Positions 35,301 through 47,912 of a stretch of 64,000 nucleotides of DNA are shown in pieces. The notes under the pieces are model-generated. The model made no database searches, had not been told where the DNA came from, and saw nothing but the letters and a program-made list of their open reading frames with translations. The stretch's first letter is position 1. Every line of letters starts with the position of its first letter. The position numbers were made by a program, and so were the translations under genes. The stretch lies in assembly GCF_011386835.1 (NCBI RefSeq), contig NC_088809.1, positions 8,122,001 through 8,186,000 on the forward strand. Reading direction: 5' to 3'. Source of the stretch: Chrysemys picta bellii. Lineage: Eukaryota.

Positions 35301-38300
35301 TGTAGGAAAGATTGGATGGGAGTCAGGTTAAACATATAGGGCGCTGTTAAATGTCCCATGGAAACACACATTGCAAAATAATCATCATAATTCAAGGGCA
35401 CAAGAGCATCGATGCTGGAGCTGGGGGTGCTGGAGCTGTCTTGAAGTGGTTTCCATCACATCCAGGGTTTACAGTTTGGTTTAATGGCATTCAGCACCCC
35501 CCATTGTACAAATTGGTCCAGCCCTCCTGCACTAGAGGCTTATATATAACTCCGCAGCCTGAGGAAACCTCCCTGTAAATAAGTGAGGGGGCAGGTCAGA
35601 TGGGGGACATGAGAGGAAGAAATCTTACCCTGCAAAGCCCAGTAGCAATAGTGTGACCAGGGCCTGCTTCTCCCCAGTCAAAGGCAGGGTAGCAGATCTA
35701 TGGGGTGTGCATGCTGCTGCTTTATTTCAGCAGGGATGATGTGTAAACATGTAGATAATTGCTAAGGGAGGGGGTGAGAGGAAGAGAACTTGTGTGCTCA
35801 GTTTGGTTTTTAACAAAAAGGGGGGGGGGGACATTAATTAAAAATGGCCTTTCTAGCTCCCAAGCATATTTGACTTTCCTGAGTGGTGCATCTCATGGCT
35901 TGAAAAGGCTAGGTGTGAAAATGAGCATTCACTTGGCATTTTGTGTTCCTTAAACAAGGCTGTTTAGCACAGACCAGCCAGAGAAGATCAAGTCATCCAC
36001 GTCTTGACAAAAAAAGCTGTACTGTAAGAGTCCATAGTGGGCTACTCTCTTTAGAGACTTGTATTTTCAAAAAGCATACTAGGCTTTTAAATATAAAAAC
36101 GCACATCTCTAGCACTTTCTGTCCAAGGATAATAAAGTGTTACAGCAGTGATCAACCCCAAGTGGTCAAAAGTAAGTCAAGTCCCCAAATATCAAGAGAC
36201 TGGCTTTAAAAATCATGGGTTTTTTTAAATAATAAATGTTGGCTTCTTTTTATTTGCCTTCTAGTTTTGAGCCTTTTAGGGTTAATGTTTTCACGCTCTT
36301 CTCCGCAACCACATGGTCTAGGAACTATTTTTACATAAGAATCTATGCTTTCATTAAATCAATTGACTCCAGGAGCTGGGTCTTTAAGAACAACCGCAAA
36401 TATTACCAGATTTTGTGATAAAATTGCAAGACTGAATCAACAGAATTAGTTACAGCTCACCATGTTTGCATAAAGTGGGGAAATATTTCCATTTTACAGA
36501 GGGCAGAGAAACAGCATACTACAGAAACTAGGTGATTTGCCCAAGGTCCCACAAATCAATGGCAGAGATGGGAACAGAGCCTGGGTCTCCCTCAGTCTAA
36601 GGACTAGATATCTATCCTTTCTAGATACCCTCCCCTCCCCTATTGTGAACAGTGAAACATTAGCAGTGAAATATTACTGTCAGGGAAGTCTGTGTGTCTT
36701 TGGATTAAACATATGTAACTTAATTTTTATGAGAAAAAAACAGGTTTTCAATATGTGTATGTGTGTGTGTTGCTGGTGGGGGAATAGCATGGAAAACCTA
36801 CTATGCTGGGGCCCTCTTGAGCCCTCCTTACTGAGACCAAGCTCCCAAGGAATCAGTGGTAACAAGCCTGCATTTCTTATACACCCATTGTGGTCTCCCT
36901 TCCTAAAGCATGAATGCAAGAAGCTGATGGATCTTGTACTCATTGTGCACCCAAGACTCCAAATCACTGGGATCTTGGCCCGAGTAAAGAGGATTGACTA
37001 GGGCTAACCCAGGAGGGTTTTGCAACTCAATTCCCAATTTCTTGGGAAACTGTCCTGTTCTGTAAAGTGCCACGTACAGTGGGTATCCTTTAAAAAAATC
37101 CATTCGCTATGCTTCAATATTTGACTTTACCACTGTATTTGTGGTATTTCCTGCACTTAATGGGGAAACACTGTAAATGTACAACAGCCATCTGTGATGT
37201 CTGTAACGGTGCCGACTACACTTTCTGTGCTTTTGTTTAGAGAAGGAACATGCATACAAATAAGAGCAACTAAAGTAAGCAAAGGCAGAGAGCAGTAAGC
37301 TCAATGCAACAGTTAGGTCCCAAACCTACTAACACTTATGTATGTAGTTAATGTGACTGCTCATGGATTTAAAGATGAACACATACTTAAGGGGTTGTGG
37401 GATTGTGGCATTAATTTGCATCTAGATGATGCATTAGAGATGCTTTGGCTACAAACGAGCCTAGTAAGTTAAGTGCTTTAATACATATATCAAGAAAATA
37501 TAAATCTCATGGGATGTGGGTGGACTTTGGATAATCCAGAGAAATTGCACTGGAAAACAGATAAGGGGCACAACCCTGTTTTAAAATAGCATTAGACCAC
37601 CTACCTTTTGAGGAAATAAAGGACCAGCTTTGCAAAGGTGTGGTCATCCTAAGAAAATGCTTGGGGTGGAAGTTGGGAAGAAAAGGGGGGACTAGGAATG
37701 GAAATATAGAACCCCTGCAGTCATGATGGAGATTGCATCTGCAGCTGCAGAGGAAAAAGTTAAAGGGGGATTTCAAGCCACCCCCAGTGGCTGTATCTAT
37801 GCAGCTATATGAAAAATGCATGTTGAAGTTTGAGCAACACAACCCACAATGTTCTATTAGTGGAACCATAGCATACATGTGTGTGTCAGATGATAACCAA
37901 TTGAACGATTATTGCGGAAATACCGACCCAAGACTGTTAGCTTGATGTGGGACTTTGTGATGCTAACAACACGAAATAAGAGATGGCCCTCAAAATAAGA
38001 CACAGGTGGCCTCAGTAGATAAGAGGGAGCATTGGATGGTGAAGAGAAGCTGAACTAAAAGTGTAGCACTTTTTAAAAATGATTATTATGTCCAAGTTTT
38101 GAATGGAAACAGACATGATACTGCATCAACAGGCCAGTCTGGATGTTGTTGGGGGGAAAACACCCATAACTTGTTGGTGTCATCCCTCCTTTGACATATT
38201 TATGATTATATGCAGGTTTCACATGGAAACAGGTACGCCTTGCACAATTTCCGTGAGCTGCCCTGGATGCCATCATTTGGGATAAAACTGTCTGCCGCTT

Positions 38301-38399
38301 TGCCCAGGGTTGTATATGCCCCCCCCTCCTTTCTCTCCCTGCTGCTTCTCTATTTTTAAAGGGGTTTTACTTAAGAGTTAAAACATTTTTTTAAAGATG

Positions 38400-39420
38400 C
38401 TGACATCATGCCTGGGAAGCGCGTGCTGCAGAATCTCCACCTGCTGGTGCAGGTGCTGCAGGGAGGAGCAGGTTCGCCCCCCCCCCAAAAAAAAACTTTT
38501 ACATTTTCCTAATTAATGATGGATTTGTTTATTGTTTCCCTCCGATCTATTTATGATAGCGGGAGGAAGGGGTCAGGGCTGGGTTTTTTGAGGGGGGGAG
38601 AGGAGGGGATGCTCCTTCCCCCTCCCCATATGCCCTGGGGGTGGGGGGGCAGGAGGTGACCAGCCCTGGACACTCTCCTCTCTCTCCTCCATCTTCTCTC
38701 CCGAGCTCAGCTTCCCCAGCTTGGGACGGTCCCATTGGTAGGGCCGCGGGGGGGACGGGCCAGGCTCCGGGCGCCATTGGGCTCCGGCAAGCGGCTGGAA
38801 GCGGCGTCCCCCCCCGCGACGCCCGCGTGCCAAGCCGGGTGGATTCACCCCCGCGAGCTGCGGGGCGCCCGCGCTCCTCTGCAGGGCTGGGGCGGGCGGC
38901 GCTCCCCGCTCCCGCCCCCCCCCCGCTCCCGCAGTGGTGCGGCCCGGAGGTTAGCGGAAGCGGTCGCTCGGCGCTGCCATGTTGAGCCGCCGCCGCCGCC
39001 GCTTTGTTGTCGGCTCCATGTAGCTGGGGCCCGGGGGAGGGAGGGGGGATCGAGCCGGAGTCGCCGCCGCCGACTAGGCCGCCGAGGCCCGGGAAGTCCC
39101 CGCCATGGAGGCCAACTGGACCGCGTTCCTCTTCCAGGTGAGGCTGCGGGGAGGCCGGACCCCCCCTTCCCTCACCGGCCGGGGCCACTCCGTCCCCGGG
39201 CAGCGGCCGCAGCGCAGCGCGCGGTTTCCAGCTAGGCCAGTGGGCTGTCAGTCAGCGCGGCCGCCCGGCCTCCCTCTCCCCCCCACCCCCCCCCGGCCGG
39301 CGGGGGAGGGGGGGAGCCGCGGGGGGAGAGGGGATCCCGCGCTATAGCGCTGTGCTGGGCCGGCTATAGCGCGCCTGGCTAAGCAGCCTGCCCCCGCTCC
39401 TTGCAGCGGCAGGGCATTCA
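38400..39420. promoter_or_regulatory. VEZF1: CpG island / promoter of VEZF1
   Basis: Very GC/CpG-rich; GC boxes (ggggcgggcgg, cccgcccc); ETS-like cggaag near 38955; long G/C runs; spans coding exon 1. Confidence 0.88.
39105..39137 (+). CDS. VEZF1: Vascular endothelial zinc finger 1, coding exon 1
   Basis: gccATGg Kozak; MEANWTAFLFQ; donor CAG|gtgagg; 33 nt. Confidence 0.97.
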
Positions 39421-42400
39421 TGGGGACGGAGCGGGGGGCGTCTCGTTTTTGTTTTTTTTTCCCCCCAAAATTGTTGCCCTCCCAATTTTTTTTTGTAAAA
39501 ATGTTTTGCCGATATTTTTATCCTTTGTTGCAAATCATCATCATCATTGTGGGGTTCCCCCCCCAAAAAAAAACCCCCACCTCGGTGGAGCACACACTGT
39601 GCATGGGAGAGAATAAATTAATCCCTCTTGAAACAGCCGGCCTCGGTGACTGACCAGGGATGTTGTCTTAATTTAAAATAGGGTTTAATTTAAAATAGGG
39701 AGCGGGAGATGGATTTTCCTAAGAACTGAGTACTGAAGAGAATAGTAAGGAAAAACACAGAAGGGGAGAGTAATCCCTCCACTTGCAAACTGAGTCACTG
39801 GTTTTGTCTGTCTTCAAGACAGCCCTAATGCTCAAAAATACAATACAAAGTTTGTATAATACCGAAAAGGAAACTGTAAAATACCCCAAAACTCTCTTGC
39901 TCTCGTGTTTGTGAACTATAACCTGGATCCTTCACTCACTGGCTTCTTTTCTAAAACCTTCTGCCACTTTGTAGCTTGAAAATGTGAAATATGTAATTGC
40001 AGTCCCCCCTCCCCCCGAGGGAAAAAAAAAAGCCACACACATCACCTTGTGCAAAGAGGATTATTTTACCTTGAAAATTACAAACCTGGACCTCTTGCTT
40101 ACTCCTTGTCCTGGCTGGGTTTTTTTTAAAACAACAAAAACATGACATTTGCTTGAAAACCTGAATGGAATGAATAAATCTGTAAAGAGAATGCAACGTT
40201 TCTTTTTAAAGGAAAAATAATAGTCTTGCAAGGACTAAGAGATGAGTCACTCACTTGGGTGCTCTGCCTCTGAAAACACGCTTAGAATGTTCTCTTAAGA
40301 AGAAAACAAATCTAACAGTCAGAGCTATTGCAAATTCAAACTGTATATACGAACTCTTATTTCGTATTAAATCTTTTTGTATTCATTTGTACAACAGATC
40401 TGATACTATAAGATATAGTTCCATATAAGTGCCAGTGATGACACATGCAGTTTGGATAAGGATTTATAATTTTTCTCACTCTAGTGGGCAGTTGTGATTT
40501 GAACATAGATAAACTTCTTAGTAAAGTTCTCTCATTCTAGGGCCACCTCCCTTTCTTGAGTTAGTAGTTATTCTGTCTCTCCTCAATATACTGCACTCTA
40601 TCTTTAAATGTATTTTCAAGAACAACTAATCTTAGTGTGGAGTCTTATAGTTTATTTTATGGCTCTGTCTTTTCACAGATATTAAGCATCATTAATTTAG
40701 TTGCTTCGTTGTGTTTTTTTTTGTTGTAAGTGCAATGTACTTTTGAAATACTGACATCAAACTTTTTAGTTTGTTTTTGTGGTAGGTATTTCTTCATTTG
40801 ATTAAGGATTCAGCAGTTTACCTTCTCAAAAAATATAATTAATGGTGCATAACTAGTGAGCATCTTTGTAAAGATGTGACATGGAAATTCCTTCCTCTTC
40901 TGTCCTTCCAGATAATAAAGCTTTAAAACCTTGTAATGACTGTTTAGTAGGTCTTGAGTCATTTTTTATAAAACAAATGCTTTACAATACTGTTTATCCT
41001 AATGTACCTAAACATAGTGGTGATTGGGGAAGTTATAAGTAGTATCTTCTTGTTACTACCCCATCCCACCAAAACAAGAACAGATCATTAATAGGCTCAT
41101 AATTTAAAATCCATTTAACAAATCTGCACCTTTATTTTTGTTTGGTAACTGTTAAATATCAAATACTGTGCTGATAATATAGAGAGGCAATGTTTACTTC
41201 ACATGGTTTTCAATTGTGACATCTGTAGAGGAATTTTTTAAATAATTAAAGGGAATATTTAAAACCCTGTGTGGATAACTGTAATTCTTAGCCAGTTGGT
41301 GTTGGGGAAATTATTAAATGTCTTAATTTTAGTTTTAATGGCAATTAAATGTGTACAGTGAATTTTTATTCCCCTTTCATAATAAAGATATTGATCATGT
41401 TTAGGTGTTACCTTGATTAATTTTACCTTTTGAAATGTAGATTATACTGAATAAGCAACTTCAGTTCATTTTTTTTTTTTTTTTTTATTAGTGTTCTAGC
41501 ACATGCATATTTTGAAAACCACTTTGTACCCGCCTGGAAAGTGAAAGTTGTATCTGTTAATGTTAGGAGAAATCATCCCTCAAACAGGGCATTCAAGATA
41601 TGACTCACTGATGCTAATTTGCTGTTCTGACATGAAGGCTCCAGTGCAAAAATCTCTTAGCCTCTGGCACTGGAAGTTCACAATGCCACATCCTATCACC
41701 TTGGGTCATGAAATACAGTTTTTATTTTGTTTGCTATCCTCCTGGAATGAAAGTTTGCTTAGTGAGAGAAATGCTATATTTTGCATGGAAGACTTTTTTT
41801 CCAGGCAATCAAAACATCATAAATGTTGACTTGACATTAATGCTAAGTAAAGTAAAACAGTGAATAAATATGACTTGCAAAAGGCAAGCAGCAGGTGCTG
41901 TTTCATTGTGTGCATTCCCTCTTATAACAGCAAGGGGAAAAAATACAGCCTGATCCCTCTTTAGAAAGCTTAATATAGAGAATCCTTGGAAACTGAGGAA
42001 TGCTGCTTGTTGCAGACAGGTTTTGTTAAAAAGGCAATATTGGTAATAACGGTGGAGTATCTGAGAGCCAAGGTAAGCAGCTTTATATAAGAGATGGTTT
42101 CATAGCAGACAGCCTTATGAATACATTGTTTCATGTCAGACATTTATACTGGTACAACAGAAATAATTGTATTACCTTGCAGTGCTAATGGTTCTTTAAG
42201 GCTTAAAAATGTCCTTAGACTGCATAAGTTTGAACCTTGTCCAAAGGATTTGGACTCCCTATTATCCGATCTGCTAGCTCTCCCTTTGAAATTGTATATC
42301 TTGAGCTATCTTAGGATATTAACCACTTGTACTCTGTGTGAAAACACATTTACTATGGCCTGACTGGAAAAGGCTCTGAACAGAAAGCTCCAATTAAGTG

Positions 42401-42653
42401 TCTGATTCTGTTGACCAAGATTTTTAAATCTTGTGCAAAGGCAACTGGAAAAAAAAAATTAAAATTGTACTGTTATCAGTACATGAAATGTTCTTGAACT
42501 TGTGTTTTATATTGTACCCATTTCGGCATCTGTATGTATTACACATCAGAAAGCATCAGTTTATAAAACAGGAGAAAGTAAAATAATACAAAATATCACT
42601 TAGGTCATGCAAAAGCTTGATGGGAAAAATGAGCCTCATGCTGTGCTCTAAGT

Positions 42654-43047
42654 CAGTGGCTGTCAACCTTTCCAGACTACTGTACCCCTTTCAGGAGTCT
42701 GATTTGTTTTGCCAACCCCCAAGTTTCACCTCAGTTAAAAACTACTTGCTTACAAAATCAGACATAAAAATACAGAAGTGTCACAACACACTATTACTGA
42801 AAAATTGCTGACTTTCTAATTTTTACCAGATAATTATAAAATAAATAAATTGGACTATAAATATTGTACTTGCAGTTCAGTGTATAGCTTATGGAGCAGA
42901 ATAAACAAGACATTGTCTTTATGAAATTTTAGCCTGAACTGACTTCACTAGTGCTTTTTATGTAGCCTGTTATAAAACTGGGCAAATATCTAGATGAGTT
43001 GAGATACCCCTGGAAGACCTCTGTGTGCCCCTGGTTGAGAACCAGTG
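42654..43047. mobile_element. hAT-type MITE in VEZF1 intron 1
   Basis: TIRs cagtggctgtcaacc / ggttgagaaccagtg. Confidence 0.7.
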
Positions 43048-43959
43048 CTCTGTTAGTAAACTCAGGCTCTGAGGGAGTTCCACACTTGCACCATTTTCCA
43101 AGAATGCCCTTTCTCCCATCTTCAAGAATGCGTGTTTAGGGTTTAACTGAGGCACCTTGGTATGTCCACACTTAGCCTGGTAACACTCAACATATTTGTT
43201 GCATCCAAAGTTTCTGAATAGACCTAAAAAGTACAGGGAGGTGGACCAGTCACCCTAACTGCTTGTAGTAATCAAAGCAAGTAATGCCATGGACTTTCAC
43301 ACAGAACAGCTTGAGCTAAGCTGTGAACTAGTCTCCCACCAAATAGTATAGGAGTGTTGCAGAGCGGGCATTCTCATCCACATGGGCTAAGACTTGTGTG
43401 CACTTTCAACCCATTTTCAAAGAACACCATTATGGTCTGAAGTTTCAGGGTTTGTGAATATGGGAAGACAAAGTGAGTACATGAGCATCCTGAATGAATG
43501 TAGTGTTGCATGGAAGTCTTAAAACTCCTACTTAGATGTACTTAATATTGTAGTCATTGCTTCTGGTTATTGATGTGCTGTAGAGGTAAAAGAAGGAAGG
43601 CTTGGATGCCACCAAAATAGAAAGTCACAGATTGCTTCTGTAAATAGTAAAGTCTTCAAAGGGCTTTAAGCAATTGGCTATTGGGTAAAGCTGAAAGGAT
43701 ATGAATTTGAATGTGCTTAATAATGGTACAATCCTGATTCAAAATGAAAGCTGACAGTCCTGTAGGCTCCAAATCATTACCTAGTTTTAGTCAACCTGCA
43801 AAGTCCCAAATGTGGCAAGACCACGTAAAATGAGGTACATATCACTTAATAAAGGAAAGCACAGAGGAGTAGTTTTGGAAAGATGTGGCATTAATAAAAA
43901 TACAAGTTTAAATAAAATCAGTTTCATGCCACAGGCCTGTTTTGTTGCACTGCTGTAAC

Positions 43960-44150
43960 TAAATCGATTTTATAACTGATCTAGTTATACTGGTGCAAAG
44001 CCCTACTATAGATACCCTTAAACTGATTTAAATCATGCTTATAATTATTTGGCTTAATGTTACTTTAAGCTAAATAATGTTAAGCATGGTTTAAACCAGT
44101 TTGAGTGTCTTTAGTAGGGCTTTGCACCAGTTTAACTAGATCCGTTTTTA
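43960..44150. mobile_element. Palindromic MITE-like element
   Basis: 31-bp inverted arms at 43978-44008 and 44112-44142 (30/31 match). Confidence 0.6.
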
Positions 44151-45172
44151 AATTTAATTACAGAAGTACAAGTTGTCCAATATAAACACCCTGCACCATG
44201 TCTGCTACCAGCCTCAGGTAGGAGAGGGTACTGGTAAGTAGAGGGATGTTCATTGTGGTATGATAGCAGAGATTTTTCTAGTGCTGCCCTCAGAGATGCA
44301 GCAGTCCAGGTTTGTCAGCATTTATCAGTTACATTTTTTTGTTTTGTTTTAAGAATAACTTCTGTTGCAAGTCGATGCTCCAGAAATCACCAGATTCCTA
44401 CCAGTGCTTATTGACTAGCCCCTCTCTCTTTTGTGAAAGACTTGGTGATAAAGAGAAAATAAACTTGTCTTTATTCTCATCAGTTTCCATAAACAAAGAG
44501 CACCATAGAGCATCTTAGTCATTGTGTTAATGCCATGGGAAACCATTAAATATATAACTATAAATCTAGCATGTAACAGTTCTTGAAACAAATTTTTAAA
44601 TGCAGTTCCAGCACTGACAAAGTAGTGCAAAGAGAGGGATTCAAGTAAGATGCCTCATTTCTTCCTGGTTCACTGTGGCTGCAGTTTAATTTTTACAGGG
44701 TTTTTAAATGTAACCATCCACCAGGCTGATGTTAACACTTGTCTGGCACATTGGTCAACCCCTTCAGTACATCCTTAGTCTGCCATCACAGATCTGGTAT
44801 ATTCTCCATATGATCACTTTTATGTAGGGAGTGTCATTGAGATAGAAATCAAGCAATATGTTAAAAGGCCTGACGAATACCTGGTAATTTGCTATAAGAA
44901 ATGTTGCCCTCAGGATATTTAAAAATTGTTTCATGTGATTTGCACTTTCCTACACCTATGTACTGCAGAGTCTGTGCATAACACATGGATTTAAATGTAA
45001 GTGGTTTATCCAATCAGGAAACCATTGTAGTGAGACTTGTATAATTTCTTGCACTTGTTAGTTCAGTGACTTTTTGGTCTAAAATTTGCTTTCCTTTGCC
45101 TGTAAATGTTCTCAGCATGTCAAAGCGAGCGCCCTCCAACAGAAATTCTGAAGTGTGAATGTTTGATTTTAG

Positions 45173-45870
45173 GCACATGAAGCCTCACATCACCAACAGC
45201 AGGCAGCACAGAACAGTTTGCTGCCCCTCCTGAGCTCCGCTGTTGAGCCACCTGATCAGAAGCCGATTCTACCCTTACCAATAACCCAGAAACCTCAGCC
45301 TGCACCAGAAACATTAAAAGATGCTATTGTTGGGATTAAAAAGGAAAAACCTAAAACCTCCTTTGTATGCACCTACTGCAGCAAAGCTTTCAGGGACAGC
45401 TACCATTTGAGGCGCCATGAGTCCTGCCACACAGGGATAAAGTTAGTGTCACGGCCAAAGAAAACTCCCACCACAATGGTGCCCCTAATCTCAACTATTG
45501 CTGGCGACAACAGCCGAACTTCATTGGTTTCAACTATCGCAGGCATCCTGTCAACGGTCACTACATCTTCCTCTGCCACCAACCCCAGCAGTAGTGCTGG
45601 TGCAACAGCCATGGCTGTGACTCAGACGGTGAAGAAGCCCAGCAAGCCTGTTAAGAAGAACCATGCTTGTGAGATGTGCGGAAAAGCCTTCCGGGATGTG
45701 TACCACCTCAACCGGCATAAGCTATCCCACTCAGATGAAAAACCTTTTGAATGTCCAATTTGTAATCAGCGCTTCAAGAGGAAGGACCGCATGACCTATC
45801 ATGTGAGGTCTCATGAAGGTGGCATCACCAAACCATACACCTGTGGTGTTTGTGGAAAAGGCTTCTCGAG
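45173..45870 (+). CDS. VEZF1: VEZF1 exon 2 (C2H2 fingers 1-3 and start of finger 4)
   Basis: Acceptor gtttgattttag; AHEASHHQQQAAQNSLLPLL...CTYCSKAFRDSYHLRRHESCH...CEMCGKAFRDVYHLNRHKLSHSDEKPFECPICNQRFKRKDRMTYHVRSH...CGVCGKGFSR; donor AG|gtacca; 698 nt. Confidence 0.98.
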
Positions 45871-46636
45871 GTACCATGTAGAAAATCCCAGGCGAGCTCA
45901 AGTATTGGCTTTTCGTAATCAAGAAGGGTTAAACTATCATAGCAAGGGGCTAGGAGAACCAGACATCTTAGAAGATTGGTGAGGGGATAAAGAGCCTTGT
46001 TTACTTAGGGTGTGGGTCTCAATCTAAGACTATTTGATCATGACTAAAAGTTGTCACTGTTTTATGGTTATTCAATGTTCTGAAATGACCTGATGGCCTC
46101 AATCCAGGTCACAGTGGAAAGGTGTCCGCATCACCATTGGTGCTAGCTGGACCCCTTGTTAGCAGTCTTTGTAGGGGTCAAAGATTGAATGGGGCATGGA
46201 GACTGATCTGTCATCTTGCCTTTAACATAACCCCTTCCAGATCAAGATTGAGGTTCATTGGCAGAGCAGTGTGGGGGAGCTTGCATTGCTGCTGGCTGTG
46301 CTGTATCTGTTCTGTGACTAGAGCGAACGTCAGTCTCTAGGACTGTTAATGCAACTCCTTTTTACAAGTACTAAAAATTCACTAACTGTAGCACTTCCAG
46401 GTGTATAATAGACACATGGCTGAGTTTTAAACTTTGCTGGCTGGGTCCTAGTGTAATCATTTTTGCATTATTCTAGCAGCGGGTTGTTTTATAGGTAAGG
46501 GGAGATTTTTTTGTCCTTGAAAGGGAGGTGGGCTGCAAATGGCAATCAATGCAATGTTCAGTGCTGCTCGCCGAAGAATCCTTGCCGTCTATTTGTAATG
46601 GTACATGTTCTGTTCTGTACCTCTGTTCTTTCACAG

Positions 46637-46700
46637 GCCTGATCACTTAAGCTGTCATGTCAAACACGTTCACTCGACAGAGAGACCCTTCAAATGCCAA
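46637..46700 (+). CDS. VEZF1: VEZF1 exon 3
   Basis: Acceptor ctgttctttcacag; PDHLSCHVKHVHSTERPFKCQ; donor gtaagg; 64 nt. Confidence 0.97.
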
Positions 46701-47728
46701 GTAAGGGTTAACATGATTTATTAACAGCATAAGTTTTATTGTACAGTTAGTCAATGTCAACTGAGTATTTCACCAAGGACTGTGTTGATTTACCTAGTTC
46801 CCTTGAATGCAAGGTTTGGAATATAGCTCTGTCCACGCTGCTTGTAGTTAGTTGGTGTTGTAGTTAGGATACCAGTGTAGAAGCAGCTTAAGATGATGGT
46901 GTGCCTACCATTTGTAAGATTAGAGGCTTATTTGCTCCTTGAAGAATATTCCCAAAACCCTATTGTTTGTCAAGTTTGCCTTTAAAAACAGTGTGACTAA
47001 ATCCTCAAATTGACATTGATTGCTGAAGTAATGTGTAGGATTTGTTTAGCAATGCTTATAGGCAAAGGTGGTTATGAAAATAGAGTATTTTGCTTGAAAT
47101 TGAAAGGAAATTGTCATGGTGAAAGTAAGTTGAAGATTAAAAACAAGAGGCAGAACTTGACTAGTGTTGAACAATCAACTCTTCTATGGTTTCGCTTGGA
47201 ATCATCCATGCACGTTCCAACCTGTCTCTAGTGACTCATCATATTATAAGTAAATGCTTTGAATTAAAAGAATAGCTCTAAAGAAATGCTTTGTTTTCCC
47301 TTTCCTGATTTTTGGATTGGAACTAAACTGAGTAATAAAAAATAATCATAACCAGAAATATACAGTGAAGCCTGTATAAGAGACCACCCTTGTCTACTGT
47401 AGGTATTTATAAACCATCTATCACTTAGGTATCCAAGACAATCTTTTATTTTAAGAAATTGCTCCGAAGTAGGCCCAGTAGTATAGAGTATTCTTCTGTT
47501 CCACACTTATCAGAAGACCATTTCCATTAAGCAATTAGATTATGTTCCGTCTCTTAAGTGGTAGCTTGAGATAGGCTTCACTGTAAATCCATGTAAAATC
47601 AAAAGGTTTGTCAACATGCCTAAGGTACGGTAGCACCTAGAAAATAAAATATACTTTTAAATGGGCCATGTGGTCCCCAGTGGAATAAGATGGTCTACAC
47701 TTAAAAAATGCTGTTGTCCTTCATCTAG

Positions 47729-47912
47729 ACATGCACTGCTGCCTTTGCCACCAAAGACAGACTGCGGACACACATGGTGCGCCATGAAGGAAAGGTATCG
47801 TGTAATATCTGTGGTAAACTTCTGAGTGCAGCGTATATCACCAGCCACTTAAAGACACATGGGCAGAGCCAAAGTATCAACTGTAATACCTGTAAACAAG
47901 GCATCAGTAAAA
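47729..47912 (+). CDS. VEZF1: VEZF1 exon 4 (fingers 5-6)
   Basis: Acceptor tccttcatctag; TCTAAFATKDRLRTHMVRHEGKVSCNICGKLLSAAYITSHLKTHGQSQSINCNTCKQGISK; donor gtaggt; 184 nt. Confidence 0.97.

Noticed and set aside
38547-39347. Long ORFs (up to 213 aa) in the VEZF1 island, and similar ones at 34574-35151 and 63394-63783
   Set aside because: CpG-island artefacts with low-complexity G/P/A/R composition.
45871-45982. C-terminal extension of ORF 45218-45982 (YHVENPRRAQ...)
   Set aside because: Read-through into intron 2. It interrupts finger 4, which is completed by exon 3.
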